From the IMG/VR virus record IMGVR_UViG_3300045988_159113: a stretch of 64,000 nt of DNA; one strand, given 5' to 3'. Positions 10,972 through 21,079 of this stretch are shown here, in pieces. The notes beneath the pieces were generated by a model that did not search any database, was not told where the DNA came from, and saw nothing but the letters and a program-made list of their open reading frames with translations. The position numbers were made by a program, and so were the translations under genes. The DNA comes from a virus. The stretch's first letter is position 1. Every line of letters begins with the position of its first letter.

Positions 10972-11610
10972 ATGGTACATCTCTTAAAAAAGGGATCCGG
11001 CATTCATATAAAAAAATCACATGAGGGAAGATTTACGGAATATTGCGGAGGCAATGTGACAGAAGAATGCATACGGAGAGGGAAAAACTCCCCGGATCCA
11101 AAAATACGAAAACAGGCAGTCTTTGCATAGAATGCCAGAAAATTCAAACACCAAGACGGCGGCTCCATTTATGGAGCACCTTAGATATAGACAAATGGAA
11201 ATCTCTCGCAGCAATGGAAATAGCAGCAAGAGATGGCTGCGCAAAATTTCAACCAAAGCATGGAGTGGGAAAAACAGCTTGATGAAATGAAGCGCATGCA
11301 AGAATCACAGGCTCTTGGTAAAAGCATAGGAAATACTGTTGGCTCTTTAGTTGGTACCGGTATGCAAGCAATTGCACAAAATATCAGAGAAAGAAGAGCT
11401 GGTAGCGAAGAAGGAGAAGTGAAAGGAAATTCTCAACAGCCAACAGTACCATAGGCTACGACATCATATCAAATGCCATAGCTTCCAACATCATTGCAAG
11501 GAATTAACAACATGATGAGAAATCCTTTCGCAATTCCACAACAAATGCCTACTATGATGAACGGTGGCAATATAGAACGCTTAATCAGAAAAATAGACAG
11601 ACATGGATGA
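10972..11610 (+). CDS. hypothetical Q-rich protein
   Basis: ATG at 10972. Track ORFs 10948..11130 and 11233..11454 are in the same frame, joined by TAG. Ends at TGA 11608-11610. Confidence 0.5.
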
Positions 11611-12868
11611 ATTGTTCTCTACATATAAGGCCGTTGAGCCGATGCTAGTATAGGAAGAAATAGAAATCCCAGATTTAAATACAACATCAAGATATGATAC
11701 TTTTCTTGAAACATTAAATAGGTACAGAGAAGCATAGGGTCAAAAATAGCCAGAAGCATAGAAACAAGATGATAACCAAAACTGGTTCACTAATACAAAA
11801 ATAAGACAGACGACACCTTCTGTCTCAAACCTCGCAACAGCTATTGACTATACAACAAAAGACCTATAGACGATGTTGAATGAATAGGGGCTTGATAAAT
11901 ATATAAGAATAACAAGTGGATTCCGAGATCATAATGTAGGAAAAGCTGGCAACAGATCAAATCATAGAAAGAAAAACAAACACGGACATTCTATGGCTTA
12001 TGATATAGCTCCAGCATAGGGAGAAACTTTTGATTCTATATATTAGAAAATGAAGGAGAACCCTGCAATGTAGCAATGGTTATCTCAAAATGGTTTTAAT
12101 ATAAACGACGAAACAGATGCTGCAACATTAAGACGGACAGGAGGAACTGGTGCTCATTTTCATATTGGACCTGATAAGTTTAATATTAGAAAAGGATAGT
12201 CTGGTTTTGATACGTCAAATTTGTTTTCGGCATATAAAGCTGTAGAGTTACCTATTAAGCCAATCATTAAACCGGTAATTCCAAACATTGAATATAATAG
12301 TACAGGTATGCCAGATATATATATTGGTAGCAACACGCCAACTTAGCAAAGCGAATAGAAAGCTGATGATGACCAGTCGTGGTTCTCAAATACAAAACTA
12401 AGAAAAACGCCAACTGCTCCTGTAGTATTACCAAAGTAGAAAGAGAATGAGGCTGCAATAAATAGTCCAACTTTTGATTCTGATTTTCAAAAATTCGGAA
12501 CGTCAAAAATATTCTCTGATCACAAGAATTTCTGGAAACGTCTTGCATTTTCCGAATCAAGCCTAAATTCATAGGCTTCAAATAAAAGCGGAGCTTTCGG
12601 ATATTTTCAGATAATGCCACAGTCTAGAACTGGGGTTGACGTAGCATCTCAATTTAAAGATGCGGAAAAATTAATGACATCACACATGTCATTAATAAAC
12701 GACGAAGATCGCAAACTAGCACAACAAAAAGGAATAACAGAAGAAGGACTGATGGCTGGCGTTTGGCTAGGAGGTCCTGGAGGAGTAAAAAAAGCACTGA
12801 GAAGTCAGGGAAACGCAAAAGACTCGAATGGTACATCAGTGATGAGTTACATGAAAAAGTTTTCGTAA
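11603..12868 (+). CDS. cell-wall hydrolase: LAS-type zinc peptidase domain plus lytic transglycosylase domain
   Basis: ATG at 11603 (ATGGATGA overlap), TAA at 12868, 1266 nt with 14 in-frame TAG. SGFRDHN...HGHSMAYD...AHFHIG (H-x6-D ... H-x-H). ESSLNS[TAG]ASNKSGAFGYFQIMPQS is an SLT-like signature with a TAG inside it. Confidence 0.6.
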
Positions 12869-12939
12869 TAATAGATAAAACGTTTTATGAAATTTCTGAG
12901 ACAAACCCAGGAAGAAGCTTATAAATAAAATAAAAAAAA

Positions 12940-12972
12940 GTCCGAGAAATAAAACTCTCGGACTTTTTTTTT
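12940..12972. terminator. bidirectional intrinsic terminator
   Basis: GTCCGAGA / TCTCGGAC stem with an A-run before and a T9 run after, between convergent genes. Confidence 0.7.
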
Positions 12973-12992
12973 ATGTGGCAAATCTACAATCA

Positions 12993-14045
12993 TTATTTTA
13001 CATACTATCTTTCCAACGTTTTACCAGCATCAATTCTTGGTTTCTATAATACCGGAATACTGATCTCATTTCCTTTTGTATCATGAACGACTTTCTCACC
13101 AACTTGCTTCCATCCATATTCTGTTTTGAATCTATTAAGTCCATGAACTCCTCCGGGGCTTAGATTTCCATATGTAGATAAAAATTCACCTTCCGGAAAA
13201 TCTGCAGCATAGGTATCAAAAAGAAACTTCTTCTCATTTGGGCTTAACATCTGTCTCCCATCTACTCCGTGGAATGTATCAGCTGTCTTAAAATGAACGC
13301 TATGATATCCTGGCTCAAGATCATCAACCCTTTCGAAGAATGAAGGTTTTCCTTCTAGCCTGTAACGAGTCGCAGGATTCCATCCTTGATAATTACGCCA
13401 TACCTTAACCTCTGGTCCCTCTTTTATTACTCTCGTTGCTTCATATGGATACAAGGCTTGACTTACGCTTTCTGTAGTCTGTGCTCCATGCTATATTCCA
13501 GTCTCTGCTGCTTTAGCTTCTGCTTCTAAAACTTTAGAATTTATTTTTATTGCCCCATCAGCAGCTCTAACAACAGGAGCAGCTACCATAGCAACATCAA
13601 CTGCAGACTTTAATATTAGAGGATATGTGACTTTTGCAAGATCACTAGCTGATGAGTTCGGATCGTCCCATACCGCGTTTGCATGATCAACTAAACCATC
13701 AGCTCCTGAAAAAGTGTTGTATAATCCAGTCGCACCACTAGCAAATGCCATAGGACCAGGTGCAAAAGTCCAACCAAGCATATTGGCAATACCGACAAAT
13801 GGCTTGCTTCCTCTCTCCATAGCAGCGTTGAAATAACGAGCACCACGCGCCGCTTCAATCTTACGCCTCTCAGCATCAGATAACTCAGCACCCTACGGTA
13901 TCATATCACTCGATGTAGCTGGTGCTCCTATACCTGCACCTTCAGGTGTCACGGTTATCCATTCGAAATTCCCAACTCTTCCAAGTGGATTATCTGGCGT
14001 ACGTTCAACCTACTCGTATTTTATAGATTCCTTTTTCTTACTCAT
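12993..14045 (-). CDS. hypothetical structural protein
   Basis: ATG at 14045. Track ORFs 13491..13820 and 13044..13454 are in the same frame. Continues through TAG 13044 and 13005 to TAA 12993, about 20 nt before the terminator. Confidence 0.5.
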
Positions 14046-14061
14046 TGCAAAAATATTTATT

Positions 14062-14080
14062 TTGCAATTATAATATAAAA
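14062..14080 (-). promoter_or_regulatory. late promoter box
   Basis: Minus strand reads TATATTATAATTGCAAA about 17 nt upstream of ATG 14045. Same box as at 15526, 32577 and 33218. Confidence 0.45.
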
Positions 14081-14184
14081 ACCCGATGCTCTTTTCTAAG
14101 AAAGAACACCGGGCCGAATTAATTATTTAATCGTGAATGAGTTTCTGTTTTAAAGCCCGATGCTTTTTTCTAAAAACACCAGGC
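14077..14184 (-). terminator. two tandem intrinsic terminator hairpins (related sequences)
   Basis: Hairpins at 14082..14113 and 14155..14184. Mismatches on the plus strand (A-C, C-A) become G-U wobbles on the minus-strand RNA. The first is followed by U5 on the minus strand. Confidence 0.55.
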
Positions 14185-14208
14185 CGAAAGTTTTCATTAT
14201 CAATTTTT

Positions 14209-14400
14209 TCACTTATAGTATAAAACCTCATGTCCTGTAAGGCTCAGGGTTTCATATATCAACTTGATCGTTTCGGCATTATCATCCTTGGAGATCAATA
14301 TATCCTTTGGAATCATTATCCTATCGTAATGATTCAGAAACTCAACATCTGGCTACTTAGCCTGTTCAATGTCAAGTGTTACAGTTCTGATGTTTCCCAT
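14209..14400 (-). CDS. small hypothetical protein (63 aa)
   Basis: ATG at 14400 (TAATG overlap), one in-frame TAG, TGA at 14209. Confidence 0.35.
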
Positions 14401-14567
14401 TATCGTACACTTAAAGCGTTCAGATCATCTTGATAGTCAAGCCACCACTGTCTGTTTGTCCAGCCATTAGCGCGAGCCATCTCGTCAATCTCGGTTGCAC
14501 GATCAATAACACGACGCGCCTATCTCTTCAGCAACCACTCAATAAACATATAGATTTTACCTTTCAT
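14400..14567 (-). CDS. small hypothetical protein (55 aa)
   Basis: ATG at 14567 (ATGA overlap), one in-frame TAG, TAA at 14400. Confidence 0.35.
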
Positions 14568-14713
14568 GATACAATCATTGTGTTCGATTCGTACTTTCCA
14601 CTATTTACAAACTTCGTGGCCTCATCTTCCGTGTCAAATATTCTGACTTGTGTTACAAAATTCTCACCATCGAAAATCTTGCGATACACCTTGTTCTTGT
14701 CCTGGGTATACAT
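14564..14713 (-). CDS. small hypothetical protein (49 aa)
   Basis: ATG at 14713 (TAATG overlap), TGA at 14564. Confidence 0.35.
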   Translation of the reverse strand: MYTQDKNKVYRKIFDGENFVTQVRIFDTEDEATKFVNSGKYESNTMIVS

Positions 14714-15027
14714 TAACATTCACATTTTATACATTTAACAAACTTGAAATCATCATGAGAACCAGGAAGATGGCTCAGATCAGGGCGAGTAGATACAATC
14801 GTATATACCCCATTAAAAAAATAGTATAACTCAACCGTCCTCCCTACAACGTCCTCCTTACGTTGCCCGTTTGAGTTAAGCTCACAAAAAGCCTTCTCTA
14901 AGTCATCTTCCTTTATGTTGTCTCTTATGATTTCTATATCATTCTCATCAAGCTTTAATTTCTTCAGCTTCTTTTTCAAATCGCGACACTGAAACAATTT
15001 CTCGCGATATTTGAATATAGTTCCCAT
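14713..15027 (-). CDS. hypothetical protein
   Basis: Intact 104-aa ORF ending in TAA. Confidence 0.5.
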   Translation of the reverse strand: MGTIFKYREKLFQCRDLKKKLKKLKLDENDIEIIRDNIKEDDLEKAFCELNSNGQRKEDVVGRTVELYYFFNGVYTIVSTRPDLSHLPGSHDDFKFVKCIKCEC

Positions 15028-15045
15028 TCATTCGCTCATTACTAG

Positions 15046-15121
15046 TAGGGACGCCAGGATTCGAACCCGGTCCAAGAGGGTTAGAGCCTCCTGTGCAATG
15101 AACCACATACACCACATCCCT
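15046..15121 (-). tRNA. amber suppressor tRNA, anticodon CUA (reads UAG)
   Basis: Minus strand folds as a cloverleaf: acceptor AGGGATG/CGTCCCT, D stem GTGT/GCAC, anticodon stem GGAGG/CCTCT with loop CT-CTA-AC, T arm CCGGG-TTCGAAT-CCTGG, discriminator A. Confidence 0.85.
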
Positions 15122-15130
15122 ATTTAGTAA

Positions 15131-15502
15131 TCACATTCTCATATTTTCAAGATTATGAATTTTCTTTCCTATCACCGCATTCACACACTGCTTGAACTCA
15201 TTGATGCCATGACGAACGGCACCATAGTCTTCAGTAGAATCACAAAGCTCTGCAAGCTTTCTAACACCTCCATCAGTCGTCTTGTTCATAAGATCACAAG
15301 CCTCAACAAAAACATCATCATCAAGTCTTGCTATCTGCTCACGAAATTCACTGATGAACTCAGGAACACTTGGCTCCTCGGTGATCTTTACCATGTAGCT
15401 GTTGTCATCAAAATCATACTCAACAACACGATCACCACTTCTAAACTTTCCCTTCGGGTTCTTCTACGCCGCACTAAGCAGCTAACTTATCATATCCTGC
15501 AT
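15131..15502 (-). CDS. hypothetical protein
   Basis: ATG at 15502, two in-frame TAG, then track ORF 15131..15394 (372 nt). Confidence 0.45.
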
Positions 15503-15525
15503 ATTGTCATTGTTTATTGGTTACA

Positions 15526-15545
15526 TTGCAATCATAATATAAAAA
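15526..15545 (-). promoter_or_regulatory. late promoter box
   Basis: Minus strand reads TATATTATGATTGCAAT upstream of ATG 15502. Confidence 0.4.
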
Positions 15546-15601
15546 ATGCCAAAACCCAAATTTTTTGTGTTAATTTAGGTTAAGGCATATGTTAAAAAGT
15601 G

Positions 15602-15904
15602 TCACAGCGAATAAAGTATCGCTCCGATCATCATAACTACGGAATTCAAAACTCCACCTAGCGTTGTAAACAATACGTCGATCTTATCTGCTCGATAGTC
15701 TACCGCTTCTTTCACAATACCAGCAACAGCAGCAACAACAACTCCACCAAGGGAGACAGCAACGACAAGCCAACCAGTCAACCCTTCCTACATGGATAGG
15801 ATGTTTGTTATAATCGATGCTATCACGTAACCAAGAGATACATGTTCCAAAAGGTTTGTGTGCTCTTCAAAGAAAGAGCGCAACCTTTTCTTTAACTTAC
15901 TCAT
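15602..15904 (-). CDS. membrane protein (about 100 aa)
   Basis: ATG at 15904, one in-frame TAG, TGA at 15602. Hydrophobic stretches LGYVIASIITNIL, WLVVAVSLGGVVVAAVAGIV and LGGVLNSVVMMIGAILY. Confidence 0.45.
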
Positions 15905-15910
15905 TATTTA

Positions 15911-17710
15911 TTAAATTATAGTCCAACCTTTCGCGAGAGCTGCGGCTTTCTATTCGTCGCTAATCGCCCACATCGCGTTTTTCTTTAATGTTGCAGATCT
16001 TACAAGGCTTGTGCTCGCATCATCATCGCCTTTTTCTATGGTCAGATCTGTCAAGTTATCAATCAAATATGCTATACTGTCAGCATCCAAAGCTGGAAGC
16101 CAAGACGAGAAATCCCAATTGCCATGATTCAATCGCTAGATTCTTACATCTGTCAGCTTATCGCAACCATTGAATGCATTTTTTATGTTAATCCCCTCGG
16201 GCTTGACATATCGCATATCAAGCACAGGACCTATCTTGACAAGGTTATTGCAAGACTCAAAAGCCTATGGCATAAATTCTACAATAAGCAAATTATCATC
16301 AGCAAATCTATCCGTGCCATATTGCGGTATCTCTGTGATCTTGAAGCAATAATCACAGAACCACCCGATGTTCGTACTCCTGTATGCTCGCGTTTCATCA
16401 TTCACATACGCAGCGCTCCAATGAATACTCGGAAGCTCCAAGAGATTATTGCACTGTTCAAAAGCTGCTGATAGATCTCTTGCCCATGCTACCTTGTTCA
16501 TATGGATATGGCGCACCTCATGCATCCCTCCAAACATTCTATGCATAGATGATACTGCAGAAGTGTTGTTGAATGTTAATTCGTCAATATTGGTGCCACT
16601 CCAAGCATAACCGCCAGCCATGAATTCGATATCAAAATTGAAGGTCCAGTGGCCTTTCATGTCTGTATTATCCTTAAACCACGCATCGTCTGGATTCGCA
16701 TCTCCGGTAGTAAAAACTGCATAATTACTGAATACCTTAGTCTTACAATACTCTTTGAGCTACTACACAAATGCATCATTCCACATTCTGCCGGTAAACT
16801 GGACATATTCGACAGTCTCTACCTTACTCTCCGTATTATAGGAATACTTAACCAATCCATCCATGTTATCCAAAACGGGCATATAGGATCCGTTGCATTT
16901 GTGGATGATACTCTTGACGCCAGTGGACCAATCTCTAACTACAGTATCAACGATACCGTGATAGATAAGATTATCAAGATCCTTGACTCTATGATATACA
17001 AGATTCTCACCGATGTATGCATTATAGCACTCGCTCTTCGTTTTGTCAATAGGCGGTGTGAATTGCTTAGTGTGATAATCTAACCCGTCAACACTAACGA
17101 GCACATTTTGCATTTCAAGTCTCACCTAGTCTATGGTTCTTATCTTTGGCTTTATAACAACTGCTATATGATTACTGCCTACTCTATGTATAGTGACCGT
17201 GCGCTTGTCCTGGCTTATATCTGCAATACTTCCATGGCTCGTATCAACAATAAACTCAGAATCATCAAAGCGGCCATCTAAGAAATTTATAATGATGGGA
17301 TGATCACCGAAATCAAGGCATGCGTTGTCTTTATCGTCCTTAAAGTTGCTATCATTACCCCATAAGGTGATAGCTTCACACCATGGCTCATTTTTCCAGC
17401 CATTAGCCGCGAAGTTCTTGGTCATCCCTTTTGTTATATTCTTATTGCGACCGTCTTGAATATAACCCCAATAATGTGCTCCATTATTGAGATCTTTAAG
17501 AGCACCACCAGGAACACCTAAATCCCAAGGCCACCAGTAAATCCAATCGTTATTATAACAAGGAGCAAACCATAAACCGCGAACGTAATATCCGCCAGCA
17601 TCAGATGCGTATTTATACCAACTCCATAACGCATCACCCTTAGGTTTAGGTTCTGGATAAGAGAATCTCAAATGAACGACATCCTGGTTTCCTATTTTTA
17701 ACCCACTCAT
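15911..17710 (-). CDS. tail fiber / receptor-binding candidate with BspA-like leucine-rich repeats
   Basis: Track ORFs 17126..17710, 16763..17125, 16265..16660 and 15950..16132 share one frame and are joined only by TAG, including tandem TAG-TAG at 16760-16765. Repeats FEQCNNLLELPSI, FESCNNLVKIGPV and FNGCDKLTDVRI. Runs through TAG 15950 to TAA 15911. Confidence 0.55.
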
Positions 17711-17850
17711 TTGATAGCATATAAAACATTATCACTTTTTGGATCTAGTGCATCATACTCATCCTAAGAAAGTATTTGCACCTTGTCGCGGGCTGTCTAA
17801 TCACAAAGATCGTATACCTAGCCCTTTATGGTTATTTTGCTTATTTCCAT
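17707..17850 (-). CDS. small protein (47 aa) with fiber-N-terminus-like EYDAL...LYAI motif
   Basis: ATG at 17850, 3 in-frame TAG, TGA at 17707 overlapping the next ATG (ATGA). Confidence 0.35.
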
Positions 17851-17870
17851 AATGTAAAAAATTAATTCAG

Positions 17871-17894
17871 CAACAATTATAGTATTATTGTGTA
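17871..17894. promoter_or_regulatory. near-palindromic divergent late promoter box
   Basis: CAACAATTATAGTATTATTGTGTA gives TAGTATTATTG on plus and TACTATAATTG on minus. It lies between starts 17850 (-) and 17919 (+). Confidence 0.45.
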
Positions 17895-17918
17895 TAATTT
17901 TATAAATTTATATTAAAT

Positions 17919-19601
17919 ATGGCAAACGAATATAGAGCGAAATCATTCGCAGATGCTTTCAGACAAGCACGGAGAGATATCGGTAGTGGGGGGCAAGCGG
18001 TTTGGATCCGACCAAACGGCACACGCATGGTATTCAACACAAACCTCAAAGAAGAGATACCTGTAAATCAAACCGTTTATTCTCCTCTTCTTTCTAGCGA
18101 AGATGAAAGATTGGCGGAAAGAAGGTACAAAGAAGCTTTGGAATCATCAAGAAGAGCTTTGGCTTCAGAAATCGGTATTAATTTAGTACAAGGCAAAAAA
18201 GTGCCAACAAAAATGATACCATAGCTTGATGTACAAAACAAAGAGGTTGGAATATACCAAATTAATCCAAACGCAAGCTCCGAGGAAACAAGATGGATCA
18301 AAACACTTCCATAGATAGATGTGATTGCACAACGTACACATCACAAAATGAGAAAAAATTCCCAAACAGGAGAGCTTGAGTCTGCATAGGAGAATTTTTA
18401 CCCAGTTAAACCTGATTATGAAATTGGAAAAGGAAATAGTGTTCATTATAATTTCAACACAGGTGAATATGAGATGATAGATAAAAACGGAGAAATTCTC
18501 GCAACATCACCAGATGGTTCTGTTCTATCTGATCCTTCACTCTGGACTCAATCTCATAATGGAAGAAATGGAGACATCGAATAGTCAAAATAGACATTCG
18601 AATAGCAGAAAGCAGCAGAATAGATGGCCAACATGAGAAGAGACGAAGAAAATCACACAATCAATAGCCCATTACATATTCTTACAGATGAAAACGGGAA
18701 TATAGTTGTAGATAAAAATGGCAAACCTATATATAACGGATAGCTTACTACAGATCAAGTAGTAGATGGAATGAATTATGGCAAACAAATTTTCGTAGAT
18801 GCTGTTTAGAATTTTGGGCTCGATGGAGTCAATCACGCCATATTAGGCGGACTCAAAATGGCAACAGATGGAGATTATACATCAGACGATTATCTGAACG
18901 GATTCTTAGCATCCAAAGATCATGTAGGAGGAGCAGGAGACTTTTTCGAGGTAGAAGGACCAAAATCAAGATTCGCTTTGAATCTTATAAACCCAACATC
19001 ATTATTCACACTCGGGGCTACAACAAAGTTCAAATTGCCAGAGATGACTGTCGTAACAACTAAAGGATAGCCAATTCGCCTCAGTGTTCCAAATGCGCCG
19101 GCATCAATGTATAGAAGAGGAATGCAAGCGAATGAAGGAATGGGAACAATAACAAGAAATGTTGGACGAGGAGGACAAAAGTCTTGGGTCTAGCATGGAG
19201 GCAAACATGTTGCTGGTACAGGTTCACATATCGAGGTAATACCAACATAGAGTACAGGATTAATGTACACTCCTGGCGAAATTAGTATGCGACCACTCAC
19301 AACAATGACATATGATCTCTATCCAAAGAGGATATGGGAAACAAAACCAATCATACCAGCACTTAACGTGGAATATGAAGGTGGGCCAGAATCAACAGGC
19401 TATCAGTATGAAAGAATGTTAGGCAATCCTGATGAAGTAAACTCTTCGGCAGCACCAGATGTAGCAATGCCAGGAAATGTTACTGTAAACGGATCAAATG
19501 ACAAGATAAACAGAGGAAGATCAAACGGAAGAAGACTCCTCAAGAGAACAAAAGCAAGAAAATCAAGATAGGAAACAGGAAATATCGACATAAGTAATTA
19601 A
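17919..19601 (+). CDS. hypothetical virion protein (560 aa)
   Basis: Track ORFs 17919..18224, 18858..19070 and 19263..19571 share one frame. About 13 in-frame TAG. TAA at 19599-19601. Confidence 0.5.
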
Positions 19602-19603
19602 TT

Positions 19604-20131
19604 ATGTTATCAGTAGAAGAAAGATTGAGACGAAAAGACGAGCTCATCAAAAATGGCTATAAAGTAGAACGAAACGCTAGCTGGGGACCAAACCTCAATA
19701 AGATGTATATGTCTATGAAAGCCAAAACTCCAAAAAAGAAATCCTGGGCACAAAGCGTAAAAGATGAAGGTCTAATCTCTGGAACGATGGATAAAATGGG
19801 AATAACAAATCCATACGCAAAGGTAGCAGCAGAATTTACTCCGTTAATACCAGGAATCGGAAACTATATCTCAGCAGCAAATGCAATTACTGATTTAGGA
19901 CGCGGACATTTCAAAGATGCTGCGTGGAATGCATTGTATGCACTACCTGTAGCAGGAAATGTAATGAAAGGATTAGGAATGGGAGCAAAAGCTCTGAAAG
20001 GCTTGAACGCAGTTGGAAGAGTAGGCGGCATAGCACAATGGGGAGATGTAATCGGACAGACAGCAGCACCAACAATCAAAACAATAAGGGACGCATGGAA
20101 CGACCCACAAACGGAAGAATATTATGGCTAA
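19604..20131 (+). CDS. hypothetical protein, Gly/Ala-rich C-terminal half
   Basis: Intact 175-aa ORF with no TAG. Confidence 0.55.
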   Translation: MLSVEERLRRKDELIKNGYKVERNASWGPNLNKMYMSMKAKTPKKKSWAQSVKDEGLISGTMDKMGITNPYAKVAAEFTPLIPGIGNYISAANAITDLGRGHFKDAAWNALYALPVAGNVMKGLGMGAKALKGLNAVGRVGGIAQWGDVIGQTAAPTIKTIRDAWNDPQTEEYYG

Positions 20132-21026
20132 TAAAGCACAGACAACAAAAAAACTGCTTACATCAAAAGCAGGAAAGAAAGGAATCCAATGGACAGTTGG
20201 ATAGGTGAAGAAAGGAATCACCTGGCTTGGAGGAGGACAAGGTAAAGTAAATCGGAAAGCAGAATAGTATGTCGAAAAACAAGCTGAATCACTAAAGAAA
20301 GCAAAATCAGCATAGAGTAAGGCAACACGCAATCTGAATAAATCAATAGAAAGCGTGACTGGAACAAAATGGTCAAGCCGAAATGGATATCCTCAAATGA
20401 CAGGAGAATTGGCAGAAATGAAAGCTGCAAGAGATTTGCTTGCTAGAAATACAGCAAGAGAAGCAAAAGCATTCAAGAAAATGTCCGGTCTTGCAAGACA
20501 AAAAGCAGAAGACGAAGTACTTAGATCTGGACTCACACGTGCAGGGATCGGAGGCGCAGCACTACTTGCCGGTATACCTGTATATAACGCTCTGACAGAT
20601 GAACCAGAAATGTATGATGCTAGTAATCTGCAAGCAATTGAACCAGAAGTGATTGAACCCGAAACATTACCTGGATCAGGAGTAGAAAGCCTCAGATATT
20701 ACGCAAGAGATACAGACCCATACTGGAATAATGGGAACCCTATCATACAAAATTCAGATGGCACACTCTTCATAAATGGACAACAGTTCGACGATAGAGA
20801 TAAAGCCGCAGCAGCTGCAGCAGGATTCGATAATGTGTTCGATTATAAAGCGGCAAGAGCAGGACTGAGCAGCAGAGAAGAAGTTGCGGAATTACAACGG
20901 CAACTAGGATTGAAACCCGATGGACTGTTTGGAATAAATACAGAAAAAGCATACTACGATTATATGAGATCAAATCCACAAGAAGTGGCAGATCGATATA
21001 TATCTGACGGATGGATACAAGTGTAA
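20124..21026 (+). CDS. hypothetical protein with C-terminal peptidoglycan-binding-like motif
   Basis: ATG at 20124 overlaps the previous stop. 3 in-frame TAG, then track ORF 20355..21026. LQRQLGLKPDGLFGINTEKAY resembles PG_binding_1. Confidence 0.5.
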
Positions 21027-21030
21027 AAAT

Positions 21031-21060
21031 AAAAGGAGACCAGAAATGGCCTCCTTTTTT
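21031..21060. terminator. intrinsic terminator between convergent genes
   Basis: AAAAGGAGACC-AGAAA-TGGCCTCCTTTTTTT. Confidence 0.6.
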
Positions 21061-21079
21061 TATGCCCCCCCCCTGGGGT

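Noticed and set aside
1750-17083. Plus-strand track ORFs inside the minus-strand late genes (for example 1750..2004, 2631..3056, 3962..4378, 14230..14738, 15155..15583, 16124..16471, 16649..17083).
   Set aside because: They are antisense to genes with recognisable products. They appear long only because the true frames are broken by TAG in the standard-code track.
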